A stretch of DNA of 64,000 nucleotides from Verrucomicrobiia bacterium (GTDB lineage Bacteria; Verrucomicrobiota; Verrucomicrobiia; Limisphaerales; UBA1319). Made by a program: the position numbers and the translations under genes. Location of the stretch: positions 5,216,001-5,280,000 of the forward strand of contig OY760937.1 of NCBI GenBank assembly GCA_963664225.1, written 5' to 3'. Below the pieces are notes generated by a model. That model was not told the origin of the DNA and made no database searches. It worked only from the letters and a program-made list of their open reading frames with translations. How positions within the stretch are numbered: the first letter of the stretch is position 1; the number at the start of each line of letters is the position of its first letter. Of the stretch, positions 31,601-42,196 are shown in pieces.

Positions 31601-34600
31601 CGCGGATTCTCGCCGGGTCGGCGCCACCCACAGCGCGGTGAGGACGAACATCACCCTCAGTATTATCGGCGACGCGCCGCCAGTCTCCATGAAGCTGCTG
31701 GGGGTCGGGTCGGTTGCCGGGACCGTGTTATTGAGCGATGGCGTGACTCCCGCCACTGGGGCCGAAGTAACCCTCAAGACTCAGTCTCCGCTTTTCAATG
31801 GCGATGAGGAAACTCAATTTGCAGGTAGTTCCGGACAATTCAGTTTCAGCAACGTGGCGGTTGGTCCCTATACTCTCAGTGTAAAATCCGTCGCGCTGGG
31901 TACCTCGGTTGGCGGCAGCATCACCGCTGATGGTGAAAACGACAACCTAAGCCTGGTCCTGAGCGGCAGTGGCGCGGTCGTTGGTCGATTGGTAAGAGTC
32001 GATGGCAGCCAGGCCGCGTCTGGCATCGATGTGACACTCACGTTTGGTTCGCAAAGCGGACTACCGGGCATCGCCAGCGCCCGCACGGACTCGCAGGGCC
32101 GGTTTAATTTCGCCAACATCCCCGTGGGTGACTTTAATTTCGAGGCCATTGCTCCGGCATTCGACGGCATCGCCCGCTTTGCTTCCCTGGTCGCCGCCAA
32201 TGGCCAGACCAATAACCTCGGCAACGTCTCGCTCGACGAGGAGAATCCGCGCGTGGTTGGTGTGAACCCTCCTCACACCACGGTCGGCGTGCCGATCACC
32301 ACGGCCGTGACCATGGTCTTCAGCGAACCTCTCGCGACGAACAGTCTTAATACCAATGGCATCTTCCTGCGAACCGGTACGAATGTTGTCCGCGCAGCGT
32401 TGCAGTTGCTGCCCGATCCGATCAACGGCCTTTTGCGGGTCGTTCAAATCACGCCCCTGGCCCCGCTTATAAGCCAGAAAACTTACCAGGTGGTCGTGAT
32501 CGATGGCACGCGACTCGACGCGACTGGCGGTGCCGTCGCTTCCGGCCCGACAGACTTGGTGGGCCGACCGTTGTTGGTTCCTTTCGTCTCTGATTTCACG
32601 ACTGCTGATAATGATCCGCCCGTGCTGGTGTCGCAATTTCCTGCCAACGGCGACATTCAAATCGATCCTCTGGCGGTGCTGCGGCTATCGTTCAACGAAT
32701 CCATCCAGTCCTCGAACCTGACCTTTGCCATCACCGGACCGGCCGGGCTCGTCGCGGGAACGACGGCCGTGGGTTTGAACGGTCTGATACTCACCTTCGC
32801 ACCGGCGGCACCGCTCGAGGTCAATGCGACATTTACCTTCGCCCTGAGCGGCGTGCGCGACCTCGCCGGGAACCTCGCCGATCATCAGCCGATCACCGGA
32901 AACTTCGCTACGCTCGACACCCTCGGCCCGGTCATCGCCACCCTGCGCCTGGCCACCAACCAGTCGCCCGTCGCCGGCGCCACGGTCCAGATCGAGGCAC
33001 TGCTGGCTGGCAACGAATCCGGCGCTCGCGTTCGCTTTACCAAGGACTTTATTCCCATTGGTTCCGACAACTCGGCGCCGTTTACGGTAAACGCGACTCT
33101 GCCCTCCGGTGGCAGCACCACCTTGCGGGCTATCGCCACAGACCGTTTCGGTAACGACGGGCCCTTCACTGAATTGGTCCTCACCGTGCAAAGCAACCGG
33201 CCGCCAAACGTCTTCCTCACGCGGGGCCTGCCACTCAGCGGTCCATTGACTAATGGCCAGGCATTCTCTCTGACCGTAAGGGCAATTGATGACGAGGCCG
33301 TGACCAACATCACCGTGGTCGGTCTCGGGATCCTGCCGTTTGCCACTAACTTTACCAGCGGCGCGCCGCAAACCCTGGCCTTCAACGTGTCGTCCAATGC
33401 GTTGCCCGGAGATCTCTTTCAGATCCGCGCACAGGCAACGGATGGATTGGGAATCAAGTCGAGCGAGGCCGTGCTCGATCTTGTGCTGATCGATACCGTG
33501 CCCCCACTAATCTCCATTCTCAGTCCTGGGGTTAACAGCATCTTGAGTCCCGCGCAGCCGTTGAACCTGATTGTCGCTTCTTCCGATAGTGGCAGCAATT
33601 ACACTTTGCAAGTCGTGTTGAGCGGTGCGCTCAGCGCAACGCAGTCCATCAGCGTGGTTTCCGCGCGCGGCGCGATGGTGACCAATATTTTCAGTTTCTC
33701 TCTGGGCAGCGCACCGACAGATGGGGGTGTCTTGATCGCCAGCGTTCACGCGACCGACTCTTCGGGCAACATCGCAACTGCCATCCGGACTTTCCGCCTG
33801 CCGGATACACGCCCGCCGCAACTGCTATCGTCGAATCCCACCAACGGCGCCGTGCGGCAGTCGCTTTGGCTGGGCTCCATCGGGTTTGATTTCGACGAAC
33901 AGCTCGATCCTTCCAGTGTTACCACCAATTCCGTATTGGTGACCGACGGTGCCGGACCGATGTCATCTTTCAGTGTCACCCTGGGCAACGCCAACCAGCG
34001 CGTGTTGATCGCGTTGCCTGGACCGCTTTTGCCCGGCATGACCTACACGAATTTGCTTTTGCCGGTTCTCGCTGACACCTCGAGCAATCAATGGCAGACC
34101 ATCGGAGGTGGGCCCGTTCCACCCGAAGGGATTCCGTTCACCTTCACGACTGCCGCCGTGATGGAGTCCACTCCGACAAACGGAACTCGTGTCATTGCCG
34201 GCCAGACCGTGACGGTAACCGTCAACTACGAAGCCGGATTAGGCGCGAGCTTCTTCCGGTTTCAACTAAACGGCGGCACGCCAATCCAGGTTGCGGCCGG
34301 AGCGACCAATACTTCCGCCCTGATTCCCATTTCCACGAACGCAACCCAGGGAATTATCACTATTACCGCCAGTCCGGACACGTCGTTCATCGAGGCCCTC
34401 GCGCTGGCGCCGGTCCGCTTGCAAGTACTCCCTCTTACCGGCGATACCGATGGAGATGGCATGCCCAACGGTTATGAAATCGCCAACGGGCTGAACCCAT
34501 TTGCTAACGACACCGCACTGGACCCGGATCAGGATGGTTTGACGAACTTGCAGGAGTTCTTGCGTGGCACCAATCCAAACGACCCGGACACCGACCATGA

Positions 34601-37600
34601 CGGATTGACGGATGGAGCGGAAGTCGCGCTGGGCACCGACCCGTTGAATCGGGACACGGACGGTGATGGATTGATCGACGGCGTTGACCCTGACCCGCTC
34701 CACGCTAAAGTGGGCATGCAATTCACCGCCCCCGGGACCTTTGACATCATCGAAGGCACGACGACCAACCTGGTATTACAAGTAGCCTCGACGAACTCGC
34801 AAATCATCTTCTTCGACTATGCGCCCACCAATCTACCGCCTGCCTTCGTCTCGATCAAATCGCACAGTTTCAACAACACCTCCTCGAATGGCGTGGCGAC
34901 GCTCGAATTGGAATTTAACCCCTTGCACGATGCCGCCGGCGAGCATGTGATTAAGCTGCGCGCCGCCACTGCCAGTGGCGAATCCGGTGTGGTCAATATC
35001 CGGTTGGTGGTTGCCGACAATCCCACACTCACATTCACACGCTGGAAAGACCCGGTAAATGGGAATTGGAGCGATGTCGGCAAATGGTCCGATGGTCTGC
35101 CGGGTGCGGGGAAGGTGGCCGTGATTGATGCCGATGGTACCTACACGGTCAACCTGGATACCGCTGTGGCGACGGCTGGCGTAATCTTGAATGCGAGCAA
35201 TGCCGTGGTCACGCCGACTGGCAATCTGAGCATTGACGCCCCAGTGGAACTGCGTCGAGGAATATTCGTAATTTCTTCCTCCGCGACGATTACGCTGAAT
35301 CGGCCCTTGGTCAATCAAGGGACGCTGCGGTGGGTGAGCCGGAACAACGTGTTTAACCTGCGGGGCGGCGGGCGGGTGGAGAATCTCGGTTTGTGGGAAG
35401 TGTTTGCGGACCCGGCCGGCCCTGACAACGGGGCGGAGGCGACGGTCAACGTGCCGGTGAATGTGGCGGCGGGGGGCAAATTGTTGCTCAGCGCCGGGTG
35501 GGTGAATTTCACGGCGCCCTCAAGCCTGACGGTGGCCGGCGAACTGGAAGTGCAGAGTGGCGGGCGACTGCGGGTGGATGGGAGCACTCCTGCGCGGGAT
35601 TTGACGCTGACGGCGGGAAGTCTGCTGAGCGGGACGGGGACCATCCAATTGGAGGGGAACAACCGGCTGGTGGTGCCGGGCAGTTTGGACACGACGGTGT
35701 CGATTGTCTTGAATGGCGGCGGGACGCGGCTGGTGGTGCCGGGGACCTATACGATTCGGAGCAGCGGTACGATGGTGGGCACGGTGGAGGCCGCAGCGCT
35801 GGTGGTGAAAAGCAACGTGGTATTGGAGGCCAGCAGCAGCGGGTTTACCGGTTTGGTGAAGGTGGAGGACGGAGGGGCTCTGAGGCTGGCCGGCGGGGCG
35901 GTGAGTTTTGGAACAAATGTGTGGATCGAGGCCGGGGCGCGGTGGGAGGTGGTGAGTAGTACGACCATCAATCTGAGCGGGGTGTTGACCAATCAAGGGA
36001 CGCTGCGGTGGGTGAGCCGGAACAACGTGTTTAATCTGCAGGGGGGCGGGCGGGTGGAGAATCTCGGTTTGTGGGAAGTGTTTGCGGACCCGGCCGGCCC
36101 TGACAACGGGGCGGAGGCGACGGTCAACGTGCCGGTGAATGTGGCGGCGGGGGGCAAATTGTTGCTCAGCGCCGGGTGGGTGAATTTCACGGCGCCCTCA
36201 AGCCTGACGGTGGCCGGCGAACTGGAAGTGCAGAGTGGCGGGCGACTGCGGGTGGATGGGAGCACTCCTGCGCGGGATTTGACGCTGACGGCGGGAAGTC
36301 TGCTGAGCGGGACGGGGACCATCCAATTGGAGGGGAACAACCGGCTGGTGGTGCCGGGCAGTTTGGACACGACGGTGTCGATTGTCTTGAATGGCGGCGG
36401 GACGCGGCTGGTGGTGCCGGGGACCTATACGATTCGGAGCAGCGGTACGATGGTGGGCACGGTGGAGGCCGCAGCGCTGGTGGTGAAAAGCAACGTGGTA
36501 TTGGAGGCCAGCAGCAGCGGGTTTACCGGTTTGGTGAAGGTGGAGGACGGAGGGGCTCTGAGGCTGGCCGGCGGGGCGGTGAGTTTTGGAACAAATGTGT
36601 GGATCGAGGCCGGGGCGCGGTGGGAGGTGGTGAGTAGTACGACCATCAATCTGAGCGGGGTGTTGACCAATCAAGGGACGCTGCGGTGGGTGAGCCGGAA
36701 CAACGTGTTTAATCTGCAGGGGGGCGGGCGGGTGGAGAATCTCGGTTTGTGGGAAGTGTTTGCGGACCCGGCCGGCCCTGACAACGGGGCGGAGGCGACG
36801 GTCAACGTGCCGGTGAATGTGGCGGCGGGGGGCAAATTGTTGCTCAGTGCCGGGTGGGTGAATTTCACGGCGCCCTCAAGCCTGACGGTGGCCGGCGAAC
36901 TGGAAGTGCAGAGTGGCGGGCGACTGCGGGTGGATGGGAGCACTCCTGCGCGGGATTTGACGCTGACGGCGGGAAGTCTGCTGAGCGGGACGGGGACCAT
37001 CCAATTGGAGGGGAACAACCGGCTGGTGGTGCCGGGCAGTTTGGACACGACGGTGTCGATTGTCTTGAATGGCGGCGGGACGCGGCTGGTGGTGCCGGGG
37101 ACCTATACGATTCGGAGCAGCGGTACGATGGTGGGCACGGTGGAGGCCGCAGCGCTGGTGGTGAAAAGCAACGTGGTATTGGAGGCCAGCAGCAGCGGGT
37201 TTACCGGTTTGGTGAAGGTGGAGGACGGAGGGGCTCTGAGGCTGGCCGGCGGGGCGGTGAGTTTTGGAACAAATGTGTGGATCGAGGCCGGGGCGCGGTG
37301 GGAGGTGGTGAGTAGTACGACCATCAATCTGAGCGGGGTGTTGACCAATCAAGGGACGCTGCGGTGGGTGAGCCGGAACAACGTGTTTAATCTGCAGGGG
37401 GGCGGGCGGGTGGAGAATCTCGGTTTGTGGGAAGTGTTTGCGGACCCGGCCGGCCCTGACAACGGGGCGGAGGCGACGGTCAACGTGCCGGTGAATGTGG
37501 CGGCGGGGGGCAAATTGTTGCTCAGTGCCGGGTGGGTGAATTTCACGGCGCCCTCAAGCCTGACGGTGGCCGGCGAACTGGAAGTGCAGAGTGGCGGGCG

Positions 37601-38291
37601 ACTGCGGGTGGATGGGAGCACTCCTGCGCGGGATTTGATGCTGACGGCGGGAAGTCTGTTGAGCGGGACGGGGACAGTTCGACTAGAAGGTGCGAATCGA
37701 GTGGTGCTTACGGGAGATGTTATTTTGGGCATCGGTCTGCTCGACATGGCGGATGGCACCAGTATTACGGGGGCGTTTACGCTTACTATCGCAGCGGGGT
37801 CAATTCTCCAAATGGATCACTCGTCAACATTCCCCGGTTCAGTTACGGTGGATGGCGCGCTCAAGTTTACAAGTTCATCCGCCACTTTGACGATTATCGG
37901 CTCTCTGGCCCTGAACGCCTCAGGCACCTTGAACAATCCGGGCGCCATTCACGTGGGGTTATTCGTTAATGCCGTGACGGATAACTCCAACGTCATTGGT
38001 AATGTGCCCGTGCTGATTTCGTCCTTCCAGGGCCTGCTCCACATCGCCCTGTTCGGAAGCCCTGCATCCACAGATTCCGGGCTGCGCTCCATCCCGATCG
38101 CTGGTCGTAGCGAGGTCTTGCTGTGGTGGAACGCGCAAGCCCACATGCGGTTTACGGTGGAATCGAGCCTTGATTTGGTGCGCTGGCAGCAAGAATCCGT
38201 GCTGATCGAAGAACCGCTACCCGGTTCCTACCAGACGCATCTGGATCCGGGTAACCATCCCAGGCTGTTCTACCGTGTGCACGAACTGTAA
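25620..38291 (+). CDS. giant exported protein (~4223 aa): many carboxypeptidase-regulatory-like beta-sandwich repeats, Big_5-like Ig, TSP3-like repeats, 226-aa tandem repeats, C-terminal 'SLDLxxW...RLFYR' motif
   Basis: ATG at 25620 overlaps the upstream TGA (ATGA); N-terminal hydrophobic signal; repeated G(T/R)(V/I)xGxV...TDxxGxFxF modules; DTDGDG repeats at ~34440-34700. Confidence 0.9.
35312..37675 (+). repeat. intragenic tandem repeat, 678-bp unit, ~3.5 near-identical copies
   Basis: Units start at 35312, 35990, 36668 and 37346; only a few substitutions between copies. Confidence 0.95.
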
Positions 38292-38580
38292 GAGCCTGTT
38301 TTAAAACTAATGTTTGACCCAGCGATAGAGCATCAGACGGGACATGGCCAGGCAAACCATCTCCTCGACGACATCGGCTCTGTGTGCGTAGTCGCGGATC
38401 AAACGCCGATAGCGGCCCAGCCATCCAAAGGTTCGCTCGACCACCCATCGGCGCGGCAAGACGACAAACTTGGCCAGGGTGTCCGAGTGTTTGACTGTTT
38501 CCAAAACACACCGCAGGGATTGCAGGGTCCATTGGACCAATTGCCCGGCGTAGCCGCCGTCGGCCCAGCTTAACCGGATA
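38292..38580 (-). mobile_element. IS5-family (IS1031-like) remnant: C-terminal transposase fragment and one end
   Basis: WADGGYAG and FVVLPRRWVVERTFGWLGRYRRLIRDY motifs; GAGCCTGTTTTAAAA end abuts the TAA at 38289-38291; N-terminal part absent. Confidence 0.85.
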
Positions 38581-38790
38581 AATACGACCGAGCAGGCAAA
38601 GCGAGCGCTGGCATTGGGCTCCTTGCCTGGCTCATCCAGGCCTGTCCGGGGTAAGCAAAGAGCGTGTCCGCCTCGTGGAATTGTCGAACGGCCCAATTCG
38701 TTTCTGGAGCTTCGGTGGATGCTGGCTGCGATGGTGCGGAAAGTGCACCCGACAGCGTGGTTAACGTAAGACAGGCTTAAAGGTTACTTT

Positions 38791-39801
38791 TCAAGGCGTG
38801 AATCCAAGGTCTTGAGGTGTTTGGCGGGTGATGCCGAAGATGGACGTTTGGCCATCGTGAAACCTCTCTCGCAACTCGAAGTTCTCGAAGGCGATACCCC
38901 CGGGGATTGGTCGTGATGAGCGCCAGTAGGTGTAGCGACCGTTCACCACCACCTGCACGTCATTCCGGAACGAACCGGTGTCCATGGCCCAATACTGAGT
39001 AATCCTGCACCCGGCGTAATGCCACAGCTCCGAATTCGGGAAGGGATAAACGGATGCCGGATCCTCCTCGTCGTTGGTGATGGCAACCAGCACGCGACCG
39101 GTGCTGGTCCGGTGCAAGCGGGACAAAGGATATTCCCGGTGCGGTGCAAATCCTGTGTCCCGGTAATCCGAATAAACCTTCAGGCTGCTCACTACTTCGT
39201 GATTGAGCCAAAGCTGACGGGTCCTGACCATGTTCCCCATCGTGGCAGTAAGGATGCAGTATTCCAGCGGCGCGCTGTCCGGCTCCTGAAAGACGATCAA
39301 TTGGATCTCGTTGGGCCGGTCGGAATGCTGGCGGACCACCAGTCGTACGTGGGCACCGTTTTCGAACTTCTCAACCTGGAGACCGACTTCAAGTTCCTCC
39401 TGCCCGTCGGCCTGCCTCACGAGATGCCCCGAGACCAGATTTGTCATGGAGCCGCCGCCAGCGCCTTGAGGGCAGATGCGTTTGCCGGCCACCCCATCAA
39501 GCTGGCTGCGCTCCAATTCACTGAAGCCACGATGTCCGCCAACAATGGGCTCAATGGCGATGAAGTTAATCAGGTCGTAACGTTTCTCCGGAAGCACCGG
39601 GTAGCCAAGACGGATGAGCCCTCGTGGCTCGCCAGGCCGAAAACCGGCGGGAGCCACGGCCCATAGCAGCCCCCCGCGAATACCCCAGACAGGCTGATTC
39701 GTGTTCATCCCCGGTCGGATCCAATCGCGCTCGGCTGCGACTGAAGACGCTGCGACCAAAAAGAGGAGCATTAAAAGGCGAAGCGCACGACCGCTGCTCA
39801 T
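38791..39801 (-). CDS. exported hypothetical protein (~336 aa)
   Basis: Signal peptide MSSGRALRLLMLLFLVAASSVAA; ATGA overlap with the upstream gene; aromatic-rich beta-type sequence. Confidence 0.75.
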   Translation of the reverse strand: MSSGRALRLLMLLFLVAASSVAAERDWIRPGMNTNQPVWGIRGGLLWAVAPAGFRPGEPRGLIRLGYPVLPEKRYDLINFIAIEPIVGGHRGFSELERSQLDGVAGKRICPQGAGGGSMTNLVSGHLVRQADGQEELEVGLQVEKFENGAHVRLVVRQHSDRPNEIQLIVFQEPDSAPLEYCILTATMGNMVRTRQLWLNHEVVSSLKVYSDYRDTGFAPHREYPLSRLHRTSTGRVLVAITNDEEDPASVYPFPNSELWHYAGCRITQYWAMDTGSFRNDVQVVVNGRYTYWRSSRPIPGGIAFENFELRERFHDGQTSIFGITRQTPQDLGFTP

Positions 39802-40139
39802 GCCGGCACCTCCACACATTGGTCGAGGCCCGCCTTGAGTTCATCCATCAAAGCTGGCTCCCTGTAGCGATAAACTTCTGGAATGCGAAGGCAAATGATT
39901 CTTTTCCACGCCAAGGCGTCAGCGAATTTCTCGGCCAGCGGCCTCCCATGCCTCATCTCTGTCACGAAATTAATGTCAGCCAAACCGATATGCCCTACAT
40001 TAAGGCGCGCCATGGCTCGCGGTGAAGTGTCGGCGAAATTCAATAAGTAATCCATAAAGCCTCGGTACATGTGCTCCGCAGTCATGCTCCGCAACCGGTT
40101 TGGGCTGCATACGAAAAGCAGTTTCTGGGCTTGGCTCAT
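39798..40139 (-). CDS. low-molecular-weight protein-tyrosine-phosphatase-like protein, possibly degenerate
   Basis: LLFVCSPNRLRS (C-X5-R-S) P-loop; usual SAG and IPDDY motifs appear altered. Confidence 0.7.
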   Translation of the reverse strand: MSQAQKLLFVCSPNRLRSMTAEHMYRGFMDYLLNFADTSPRAMARLNVGHIGLADINFVTEMRHGRPLAEKFADALAWKRIICLRIPEVYRYREPALMDELKAGLDQCVEVPA

Positions 40140-40145
40140 TGTCAG

Positions 40146-40182
40146 AATGATTCAGTAATCCGCCAGATCTTCCAAGCTGACA
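40146..40182 (+). repeat. 37-bp direct repeat, left copy
   Basis: AATGATTCAGTAATCCGCCAGATCTTCCAAGCTGACA; 35/37 identical to 50313-50349. Confidence 0.9.
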
Positions 40183-40444
40183 TTTTGGGGTTTGTCCGAC
40201 GAGTATGTCCCTGATGTCATAGTTCACCGTGTATTGGACACTTCGAATGGCTTGGAAGAAAGCGGTTCCTGCGTAAAGGGCTGCAACTGTAATGCTCCGA
40301 CCTTGCTTAGGGCTAAGCCGCTCTGTGCGAGGCTATTCCAAGTGCTTTGGGGCGACAGTCCGCTTGATGTTCTACCTTAAATATGCACTTTCAGGACTTC
40401 TGCCTCTAAGCGCTTTGTAAAACGTGAATTAGCATATTGGGAAT

Positions 40445-40660
40445 ATGCTTCCCGGATGCACCGAAAGCCCTCGGCAGATTGGAGCTGCTGCCGCGTTTAT
40501 TAGCACCCGGATGGTTGCGGGTCGTGTGTCTTTCTCTCTGGCTGATCTGGTCAAAAAAACGGGATTGTCCCTTACGACAGCAAAGAAACAATTGCGCCGG
40601 TTAGGCGGTCGAGTTGTCAGGGTTTCTCGGTTGCGGCAGTTTTTCCTAATTGTTGGCCCG
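40445..40660 (+). pseudogene. N-terminal fragment of an AbiEi-like (type IV TA antitoxin) winged-helix protein
   Basis: GRVSFSLADLVKKTGLSLTTAKKQLRRL...QFFLIV resembles the AbiEi N-terminus; similarity stops at ~40660. Confidence 0.55.
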
Positions 40661-40798
40661 GCTTCAACGTGGTGGATTTGCCGGCGCCGTTGGATCCGAG
40701 AAAGCCGACAATTTGCCCGGCGGAAATTTCAACGAGAGCGAGTTCACCGCCGTCTGGGCACCGAAAGTCTTGGTCAGTTGGTCGATGGAAATCACCAT
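40661..40798 (-). pseudogene. ABC transporter ATP-binding subunit N-terminal fragment with 1-nt frameshift
   Basis: MVISIDQLTKTFGAQTAVNSLS / EISAGQIVGFLGSNGAGKSTTLK (Walker A), truncated right after. Confidence 0.85.
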
Positions 40799-40851
40799 AT
40801 TATTTTGAAGATTTAGCTGAGGATGCTGCAGATATCATTGGCGAACCAATT

Positions 40852-42183
40852 TTAGTTGGGACTGACTCCACGCAACGGTTTATCGCGCGGCTGGACATCT
40901 AAGCCCTCGGGCGCGTCATCGTGATTTGGAGTGAAATGAAACTCGCCCGGTTCCATGATCAACGTCAGGTTGGTAACGTCACCGCTCACTTTGCCGATAA
41001 TTTGATTGTTCAGCCAGTCCAAGCTGGGATTGCGACGCGAGTATTTATAGCCTTTTAATCGTGCGCTCAGGGTCACGGATTCAGTCGGTACAGACTGAAA
41101 CTCAAAGCGACCGTCGGCAGATAAAACAACGTCGGTGTAATCCGAAGCCCCTTGCCGCGACAGCAGCAAATGAGTGCGCGCTGGCATGGGGTTGCCGTCT
41201 GTAAGGAGAATTTGCCCGGAAACGCGGCAACCGGTTTGCAATACCAGATCGCTCAAATCGGTCATTGATTTGTTTTTACCGGAGGTAAATAGCTTCGGAG
41301 ACAGCGCGCCCTTGCCTTGCAGCGAATTCATCGTCCCCGACAGAACCAAGGCTTTTTCCGGTGGTAGATTTGGAATTGAGAAACATCCATTGCTATCGGT
41401 GGCGATTTTGTCGCTGGAAAAAAACTCCCCGAGAGGCCGATCAGCAGGGAGAATTTGGACCACCGCCGCAGATACGGGGGCACCGGCAACAACGAGACGA
41501 CCGGTCACAGTCACACCCGTGTGCAGGCGGACTAAATAATCACGTCCCGGCTTCAATTGAAACGGGCGCGGTGCGGCATCACGCGCCGACGCCATGCCAT
41601 AGATCAGGTCAACTTTTGATTTGCACCGGACCAGAAATCGACCGTTGGTATCGCTGATGGCTGTTTCGTCGACAAACCGGTTCGCTTCGCCCCATTGCTT
41701 ACTACCATTCCCAGAACTGACGCCCTGGGCTTGTATCGTGGCTCCCACGATGGCCTGGCCATCATCGCCGATGACCACACCAGAGATGCGTAATTCCGGA
41801 GGCGTCGCGTTCACATTCAAAACTTTCAGGGTGATATTGGTCACCCCACGCACCGGATTAACTTTATCCATGAATTTACTTTCGTGTTCCGGCGCGAGCA
41901 CAAGTAGTCGGAACATCAGTGTCGGGTCGAGCGAAGAGATCACAAACTCACCGTTCGTCCCAGTGAAAGTCTGTTTCCGGCAATCGGCATAACCCGAAGG
42001 ACAAAGGCTCGAAACTCCCTGTTGCGGCACGGCGGAATAAACCAGAATTGTGGCGTTGGTAATTGCAGAACCATCCGGATTGGTAACGCGACCGACAAGG
42101 TCTGGTCTGACAGGTTCAGCCCCGGCAACGGCGACCGCCAGTGCGGCAACCAACATTAAACAAATATTTCGAATCGTTTTCAT
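40852..42183 (-). CDS. exported carboxypeptidase-regulatory-like repeat protein
   Basis: Signal peptide; four GRV...DGxP...TDxNGxF modules. Confidence 0.85.
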   Translation of the reverse strand: MKTIRNICLMLVAALAVAVAGAEPVRPDLVGRVTNPDGSAITNATILVYSAVPQQGVSSLCPSGYADCRKQTFTGTNGEFVISSLDPTLMFRLLVLAPEHESKFMDKVNPVRGVTNITLKVLNVNATPPELRISGVVIGDDGQAIVGATIQAQGVSSGNGSKQWGEANRFVDETAISDTNGRFLVRCKSKVDLIYGMASARDAAPRPFQLKPGRDYLVRLHTGVTVTGRLVVAGAPVSAAVVQILPADRPLGEFFSSDKIATDSNGCFSIPNLPPEKALVLSGTMNSLQGKGALSPKLFTSGKNKSMTDLSDLVLQTGCRVSGQILLTDGNPMPARTHLLLSRQGASDYTDVVLSADGRFEFQSVPTESVTLSARLKGYKYSRRNPSLDWLNNQIIGKVSGDVTNLTLIMEPGEFHFTPNHDDAPEGLDVQPRDKPLRGVSPN

Positions 42184-42196
42184 GGCGTTTGGCGGG

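Noticed and set aside
35312..37675. Tandem repeat as a diversity-generating retroelement template/variable pair
   Set aside because: No reverse transcriptase in the window; differences are few and not adenine-specific
40146..40182. 37-bp repeat as a tRNA 3' end or CRISPR repeat
   Set aside because: No T-arm/CCA pattern; copies are 10 kb apart with no spacer array
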